Source of the DNA: Lachnospiraceae bacterium | GTDB lineage: Bacteria > Bacillota > Clostridia > Lachnospirales > Lachnospiraceae | NCBI GenBank assembly: GCA_029099805.1 | Contig: JAQXOR010000143.1 | Coordinates: forward strand, 1 to 10,453 | Length of the DNA: 10,453 nucleotides | Direction of reading: 5' to 3' | In this document: positions 6,092 through 10,453 of the stretch, piece by piece | Position numbering within the stretch: the stretch's first letter is position 1 | Layout: every line of letters starts with the position of its first letter | The notes under the pieces: generated by a model | What the model was told of the DNA's origin: nothing | Database searches by the model: none | What the model saw: the letters and a program-made list of their open reading frames with translations, nothing else | Translations under genes and position numbers: made by a program

Positions 6092-8515
6092 CTATTTCAC
6101 AACAATGTTATAAAGTCTTCCTTTTACGTAGAGCTCTTTTACGATATTCTTCCCATCCAACAATGCTGCAATCGCTGCATCGGCATGTACCTGTGGCTTT
6201 ACGGTCGCTTCATCCGCCTCTGCCGCTATCATCAGCTTTGCCTTTACTTTTCCGTTTATCTGTACAGCAATTTCAATCTCGTCTTCTTTAATTGCTGCCT
6301 CATCATAGGTCGGCCAGCTTTCGAATGCAATCGTATTGTCATGACCGAGGATGCTCCAAAGCTCCTCGCCGACGTGCGGGCAGATACAGGAGAACATCTT
6401 AATAAAGCCCTCCGCATATTCTCTCGGACACTTGTCTGCCTTATACGCCGCATTCATGAATATCATCATCTGACTGATTGCGGTATTAAAGCCAAGTACT
6501 TCAAAGTCGGAGGTTACCTTCTTTACGGTCTGGTGGAATACCTTTGTTAAGGTACCGTCATTCTCCTCTGTGAGGTTGGTCTCATCGGTAAAGTAGTTCC
6601 ATACACGCACTATGAAACGTCTTGCTCCTTCAACGCCCTGCTGGCTCCAAGGCTTGGAAACCTCAAGCGGTCCCATAAACATTTCATACAGACGGAGTGT
6701 ATCCGCACCGTAATCTCTTACGATATCACTCGGGTTTACAACATATTCCGGATATCTCTTGCCCATCTTAATTCCGTTGGAGCCAAGAATCATACCCTGA
6801 TGGACAAGCTTCTTGAACGGCTCCTTTACCGGAGAAAGACCCTTATCATACAGGTAACGGTTCCAGATACGGGAATACATCAGATGTCCTACCGTATGCT
6901 CCGGCCCGCCGATGTATAAGTCAACCGGCATCCAGTGCTTTAACAGCTCATAGTTTGCAAATTCCTTGTCATTATCCGGATCGATATAGCGAAGGAAATA
7001 CCAGCTGGAGCCTGCACTGCCCGGCATGGTAGACGTTTCGCGCACGCCCTTTATGCCATCCTTTTCATACTGCTTCCATTCCGTCGCATTTTCAAGCGGT
7101 GCCTTACCGTTCTTTCCCTTGTAATCGGAAAGCTCCGGCAAAATCAGCGGAAGCTCCTCATCATCCAGTACATGAATGCTTCCGTCCTCAAGGTAAACAA
7201 CCGGAACCGGCTCGCCCCAGTAACGCTGTCTTGCAAAAATCCACTCACGGAAATGGTAATTTACCTTTCTGCGAGCAACCCCCATTGCCTCTAACTTCTT
7301 TGTAATGGCTTCCTTTGCATCCTCGACCACATAGCCCGTAAACTCCTCGGAGTTCATAAGCTTGCAACCCTTGCCGAGATAATCGCCCTTCTCAAACGCC
7401 TTCTCTGATACATCCCCGCCGTCGATTACCTGAATCATCGGGATCTTATGCACTACAGCATACTCAAAATCACGCTGGTCGTGGGACGGAACAGCCATAA
7501 CCGCACCGGTACCGTAATTTGCCAGTACGAAATCACCGATAAAGAGCGGCACTTCTTTGCCATTCACCGGATTAATCGCATAAATACCCTTTAAGCAGCA
7601 ACCGGACTTCGTCTTATTCAACTCGGTACGGTCCATATCATTTTTCTTTAAGGTCTCATCAATATAAGCCTGTACCTCTTCCTTATTTTCAATACGCGGC
7701 ATCAAGTCCTTTACAATCTGTCCGTCCGGAGCAAGCACCATAAAGGTAATACCGTAAATCGTCTCGATACAGGTGGTGTAAATTGAAAAGCTTCCGCCGC
7801 CCACGATTTGGAAATCCACCTCAACGCCCTCGGAACGTCCGATCCAGTGACGCTGCATCTCCTTTGTGGACTCCGGCCAATCGATTTCATCAAGACCTTC
7901 CAGCAGCTTATCCGCAAACGCAACCTGGTCGATCACCCACTGCTTCATGTTCTTACGAACGACCGGATAACCGCCGCGCTCGGACTTACCGTCAATTACC
8001 TCGTCATTGGAAAGCACGGTACCGAGCTCCTCGCACCAGTTTACCGGCATATCGATATACTTTGCATAGCCGTCCAGATATAACTGCTTAAAAATCCACT
8101 GTGTCCACTTATAAAACTTCGGATCACTTGTTGCAAGCATTTTCGTCCAGTCATAGTCAAAGCCAAGCTCCTTTAACTGCTTTGAAAATGTCTCGATATT
8201 CTTTTCCGTAAAGCCGTTCGGATGATTTCCTGTACTAACCGCATACTGCTCTGCCGGAAGACCGAAGGAGTCATATCCCATCGGATGCAGCACATTATAG
8301 CCCTGCATCCGCTTCATTCTTGACATAATATCCGTAGCGGTATACCCCTCCGGATGCCCTGCATGAAGACCTACACCGGACGGATACGGGAACATATCCA
8401 GAGCATAATACTTCGGCTTACTAAAGTCCCACACATCGGTTTTAAAGGTCTGATTCTCTTCCCAGTACGCCTGCCACTTTTTTTCAATGACGCCGGGATT
8501 GTACGTTTTTTCCAT
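6092..8515 (-). CDS. leuS: Leucine--tRNA ligase (bacterial type), 807 aa
   Basis: MEKTYNPGVIEKKWQAYWEENQTFK matches the canonical LeuS N-terminus. The HIGH region is GLHAGHPEGY, a CP1 editing domain is present, GADTLRLYEMFMGPLE is present, and the KMSKS position reads KMGKR. I re-called the start from the GTG at 8545 to the ATG at 8515, with an AAAGGAG RBS about 13 nt upstream. The GTG lies directly after the attenuator U-tract and has no RBS. Confidence 0.95.
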   Translation of the reverse strand: MEKTYNPGVIEKKWQAYWEENQTFKTDVWDFSKPKYYALDMFPYPSGVGLHAGHPEGYTATDIMSRMKRMQGYNVLHPMGYDSFGLPAEQYAVSTGNHPNGFTEKNIETFSKQLKELGFDYDWTKMLATSDPKFYKWTQWIFKQLYLDGYAKYIDMPVNWCEELGTVLSNDEVIDGKSERGGYPVVRKNMKQWVIDQVAFADKLLEGLDEIDWPESTKEMQRHWIGRSEGVEVDFQIVGGGSFSIYTTCIETIYGITFMVLAPDGQIVKDLMPRIENKEEVQAYIDETLKKNDMDRTELNKTKSGCCLKGIYAINPVNGKEVPLFIGDFVLANYGTGAVMAVPSHDQRDFEYAVVHKIPMIQVIDGGDVSEKAFEKGDYLGKGCKLMNSEEFTGYVVEDAKEAITKKLEAMGVARRKVNYHFREWIFARQRYWGEPVPVVYLEDGSIHVLDDEELPLILPELSDYKGKNGKAPLENATEWKQYEKDGIKGVRETSTMPGSAGSSWYFLRYIDPDNDKEFANYELLKHWMPVDLYIGGPEHTVGHLMYSRIWNRYLYDKGLSPVKEPFKKLVHQGMILGSNGIKMGKRYPEYVVNPSDIVRDYGADTLRLYEMFMGPLEVSKPWSQQGVEGARRFIVRVWNYFTDETNLTEENDGTLTKVFHQTVKKVTSDFEVLGFNTAISQMMIFMNAAYKADKCPREYAEGFIKMFSCICPHVGEELWSILGHDNTIAFESWPTYDEAAIKEDEIEIAVQINGKVKAKLMIAAEADEATVKPQVHADAAIAALLDGKNIVKELYVKGRLYNIVVK

Positions 8516-8545
8516 AATCGTTCCAATTACTCCTTTCTTATTCAC

Positions 8546-8822
8546 ATCGCTAAAAGAAAAGGCCTCCGTCTCTTAAAAGAGACGAAAGCCATGTCTTCCG
8601 CGGTACCACTCTCATTCAGAGCACTGCATAACAGTTCTCCACACTTTCATCCGGTAACGGAGACGAACCGTTGTCGCTTACGCAAAGCATACTAGCATGC
8701 TCCTTCTGCAACAAAGCTCCAAGGTCTGTTCCATGCGTCCCGCTATTGCCTCACACCGACCGGCAACTCTCTGAAAGTAAGCTCACATGTACTATTCCTC
8801 TTCCTTGCATTTTCAATATACA
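8546..8822 (-). promoter_or_regulatory. T-box riboswitch leader controlling leuS
   Basis: Read on the minus strand. K-turn/GA motif: GC-AAG-GA...GA-GC. Specifier loop: AAUAGUA (8790..8796) opposite GAA-CAG-A (8725..8731). AG bay: AGAGAG (8767..8772). Distal loop: GGUCGGUGUGA. F-box-like element: CCGUUA. T-box core: GAGAGUGGUACCGCGG (the AGUGGUACCGCG part is plus-strand cgcggtaccact, 8599..8610). A mutually exclusive terminator follows. Confidence 0.85.
8552..8590 (-). terminator. T-box attenuator (intrinsic terminator) upstream of leuS
   Basis: The minus strand reads GGCUUUCGUCUC-UUUUAA-GAGACGGAGGCC, a stem of about 12 bp including G-U pairs (8561..8590), followed by UUUUCUUUU (8552..8560). 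Its 5' arm overlaps the antiterminator 3' strand, as expected for a T-box. Confidence 0.8.
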
Positions 8823-8826
8823 TTTT

Positions 8827-8854
8827 ACTATAACAAATTTTTGAAATTTGTCAA
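8827..8854 (-). promoter_or_regulatory. Candidate sigma-A promoter for the leuS T-box leader
   Basis: Minus strand: TTGACA (8849..8854), a 16-nt spacer, then TATAGT (8827..8832) preceded by an extended -10 TG (TGtTATAGT). The predicted transcription start near 8820 lies just before Stem I. Confidence 0.55.
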
Positions 8855-8911
8855 GGGAAAAGATATCTCCCGGTCCTAATAAGCCGGAAAATGTCTAAAA
8901 CTCGTGTCCTG

Positions 8912-10453
8912 CTATTCCCAGTAATCTCCCCAATCGTCATCCCAATCATCAACAGGGTACGCATCATCGGCAGATTTTTTTCCAAAGCCACCGGAAAATC
9001 CGTCTAAAATCGCATCCTCAATCAAATCCATCAAACCGGCATCCAGCTTATCCTCAAGACTTTCCAGAAACTCATCGAAATCAATATCCTCTGCCCAGTC
9101 CATCAGATCGGATTCATTCTCTATCATTACCACTTCAGAATCAGCCGGGAACTTAATCTTGTCAGCCTTTCCGGTCTTATATGTAACAGAGACTGCTCCG
9201 AGCATTTTCTCCCCCTCATTCAGAGATATCCTGCAGTCTGCGTCTGCTTTACTGCTCGCTGATGTAATCTTTAAGTTCAGTTTCTTGATATCAAACGGGA
9301 AATCATCATCTACTTCATTCTCAATAAGCTTTGCGGCAGAGCTTGCTAACGACACCGTGATTGTTCCGTTAAAATATCCATCTTCCAAATCCTTCAGCTG
9401 TACATCCTCTGCTTTCAGCTCGGCAAGCTTCATTCCTGCTGCTTTCAGCAGAAAGTCTCCGCTCATCTTTGAACCGCTCATCTTTCCGGTACCTTCTAAG
9501 GAACCCTTTACACCGTTTACCTTTACTTCAAACTCATAGGCAAACTTGCTTCCCTTTCTCACCATCAGATTGGAAACCTCTAAATCGGCCTCCTCGATTT
9601 CTACTACGGTACCGTATACTTCTCCCTTATTATCTACATACAGCTTTAACACGATTTCAATTTTTTCATCACCCAAATCATCAATTTCATCTTCCATATC
9701 ATCCAAAGCATCAAGGAATTCATCATAAACATCATCCGCATCAGCATCCTCGATTGTTGCGGACACATCCATAATAATTTTCTTAATGTCTTCATCTTCC
9801 TTTAGTTCCTTCACGATTGTCTCAAGCATACTCTGCAGTGTCTCTTCGTCAATCGTAGCCTCCAGAACCGTATAGGTATTTGTCACTTCCTCAAGAGTAA
9901 CTTTTTCCTTTTCCTGCTTCACATCATCAATACAGGAAATTGCCAAATCGAAATATTTCTTTATTATCTTTTCAACCTTCGACTTATCAGGCAATGCCTT
10001 TAAAACTTTCTCGGTACTTTCGTTCACTTCATTGAAATCGTCCATATCAATATCAAGCATAGAAAAGAGCTCTTCAAACTCCATGCCAAGATAACTTTTA
10101 TTAAGCTCCGGAATCTGCAGATATCCCTTTTCCTCTTTCAAATTTGCCAAAATAATCAGGCTGATTAACTGTTTGTCATTTAAGGCCAGACCCATATTAG
10201 TTTGTGCTGCTTCCTTTGTTGAATCAGCATCTACACGAAATGAAACTTTTTCTAACCAATCGAAATCCTGATAGGTTGCATCTTCCAGCAGATTGCGTAC
10301 ACTCTTTCCGATTTCCACACTGAATTCCGCACTTTGGCTCTCATTAACGCCGGCGTCTGTGGAAGAAATCACCTTATCATAAGCCTTTGCAAACTGCTCT
10401 GCCGACTCATCTGATGTCTTTTTTACAATATGCTGAAAATAGCCTGCCGGAGA
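8912..10453 (-). CDS. Highly acidic protein of unknown function, 5'-partial (N-terminus lies beyond the window end)
   Basis: The reading frame stays open from 10453 (SPAGYFQHIVKKTSDESAEQFAKAYDK precedes the GTG the ORF track used as a start). The stop is TAG at 8912..8914. By hand count about 120 of the 486 listed residues are D or E. The C-terminus is DDAYPVDDWDDDWGDYWE. I recognise no family motif. Coding is supported by length and by the junk-like (S/P/F-rich) antisense ORFs. Confidence 0.7.
   Translation of the reverse strand, partial: SPAGYFQHIVKKTSDESAEQFAKAYDKVISSTDAGVNESQSAEFSVEIGKSVRNLLEDATYQDFDWLEKVSFRVDADSTKEAAQTNMGLALNDKQLISLIILANLKEEKGYLQIPELNKSYLGMEFEELFSMLDIDMDDFNEVNESTEKVLKALPDKSKVEKIIKKYFDLAISCIDDVKQEKEKVTLEEVTNTYTVLEATIDEETLQSMLETIVKELKEDEDIKKIIMDVSATIEDADADDVYDEFLDALDDMEDEIDDLGDEKIEIVLKLYVDNKGEVYGTVVEIEEADLEVSNLMVRKGSKFAYEFEVKVNGVKGSLEGTGKMSGSKMSGDFLLKAAGMKLAELKAEDVQLKDLEDGYFNGTITVSLASSAAKLIENEVDDDFPFDIKKLNLKITSASSKADADCRISLNEGEKMLGAVSVTYKTGKADKIKFPADSEVVMIENESDLMDWAEDIDFDEFLESLEDKLDAGLMDLIEDAILDGFSGGFGKKSADDAYPVDDWDDDWGDYWE

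Noticed and set aside
5987-6550. 187-aa plus-strand ORF, plus 6055..6291 (+) and 6256..6453 (-)
   Set aside because: They run antisense or out of frame through the leuS 3' end and the palindromic spacer. Composition is Cys/Leu/Phe-rich and there is no RBS. They are not credible next to the leuS frame.
8516-8545. GTG start at 8545 for leuS (MNKKGVIGTI extension)
   Set aside because: The GTG directly abuts the attenuator U-tract with no RBS, and the extension itself encodes the AAAGGAG RBS for the ATG at 8515. The LeuS N-terminal consensus begins at MEKTYNP.
7099-8695. ORFs 7099..7305, 7783..8091, 7808..8083 and 8354..8695 on the plus strand, and 7711..7923 on the minus strand
   Set aside because: They lie inside leuS (antisense or out of frame), and 8354..8695 also extends antisense across the T-box leader. 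They are P/R/S-rich shadow frames.
8868-8889. Weak hairpin downstream of the acidic-protein gene, considered as its terminator
   Set aside because: It has only 4 GC pairs plus a G-U and an A-U pair, with a 10-nt loop and a poor U-tail (GAUAUCUUUU). This is too marginal to call. Read-through into the leuS promoter region cannot be excluded.
9159-9774. Plus-strand ORFs 9159..9539, 9469..9774 and 9546..9728
   Set aside because: They are antisense to the acidic-protein CDS. Their S/P/F/L-rich composition is the mirror image of a D/E/K-rich coding strand.
1-10453. Scan for CRISPR arrays, tRNA/rRNA genes, tandem repeats and multi-gene defence or toxin-antitoxin modules
   Set aside because: By eye I found no regularly spaced direct repeats, no tRNA cloverleaf signatures (for example GGTTCGAATCC-type T-arms), and no gene cluster with such an architecture.

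Overview
This looks like a low-GC Firmicutes (Clostridia-like) chromosomal segment, judged from the T-box leader, AGGAGG-type ribosome-binding sites and sigma-A-like promoters. It is mostly housekeeping. In order along the window: (1) an apparently intact IS256-family insertion sequence (about 1..1369, transposase on the minus strand) whose outer terminus coincides with the window start; (2) a 43-aa XRE-type HTH ORF that looks truncated or decayed, next to the IS; (3) a membrane-anchored GGDEF-EAL c-di-GMP protein (+); (4) an atypical methionine--tRNA ligase (-); (5) leucine--tRNA ligase (-), preceded by a complete T-box leader with promoter and attenuator terminator; (6) the 3' part of a very acidic protein of unknown function (-) that runs off the right edge. 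I see no multi-gene novel system such as a defence island, CRISPR array or toxin-antitoxin pair. Four points deserve a second look. First, the leuS T-box has CAG (Gln), not a Leu codon, at its canonical specifier position. Second, the leuS-metG spacer holds a 136-bp near-perfect hairpin (182 bp with symmetric flanks) that replaces any recognisable promoter, terminator or T-box and contains an anti-SD match to the metG RBS. Third, the MetRS reads KASSS in place of KMSKS and carries an insertion of about 90 aa. Fourth, the acidic protein ends in a Trp/Asp-rich tail. All folds and alignments were done by hand and need computational confirmation. The ORF track translates GTG starts as M, and three starts were re-called to internal ATGs with good RBSs.
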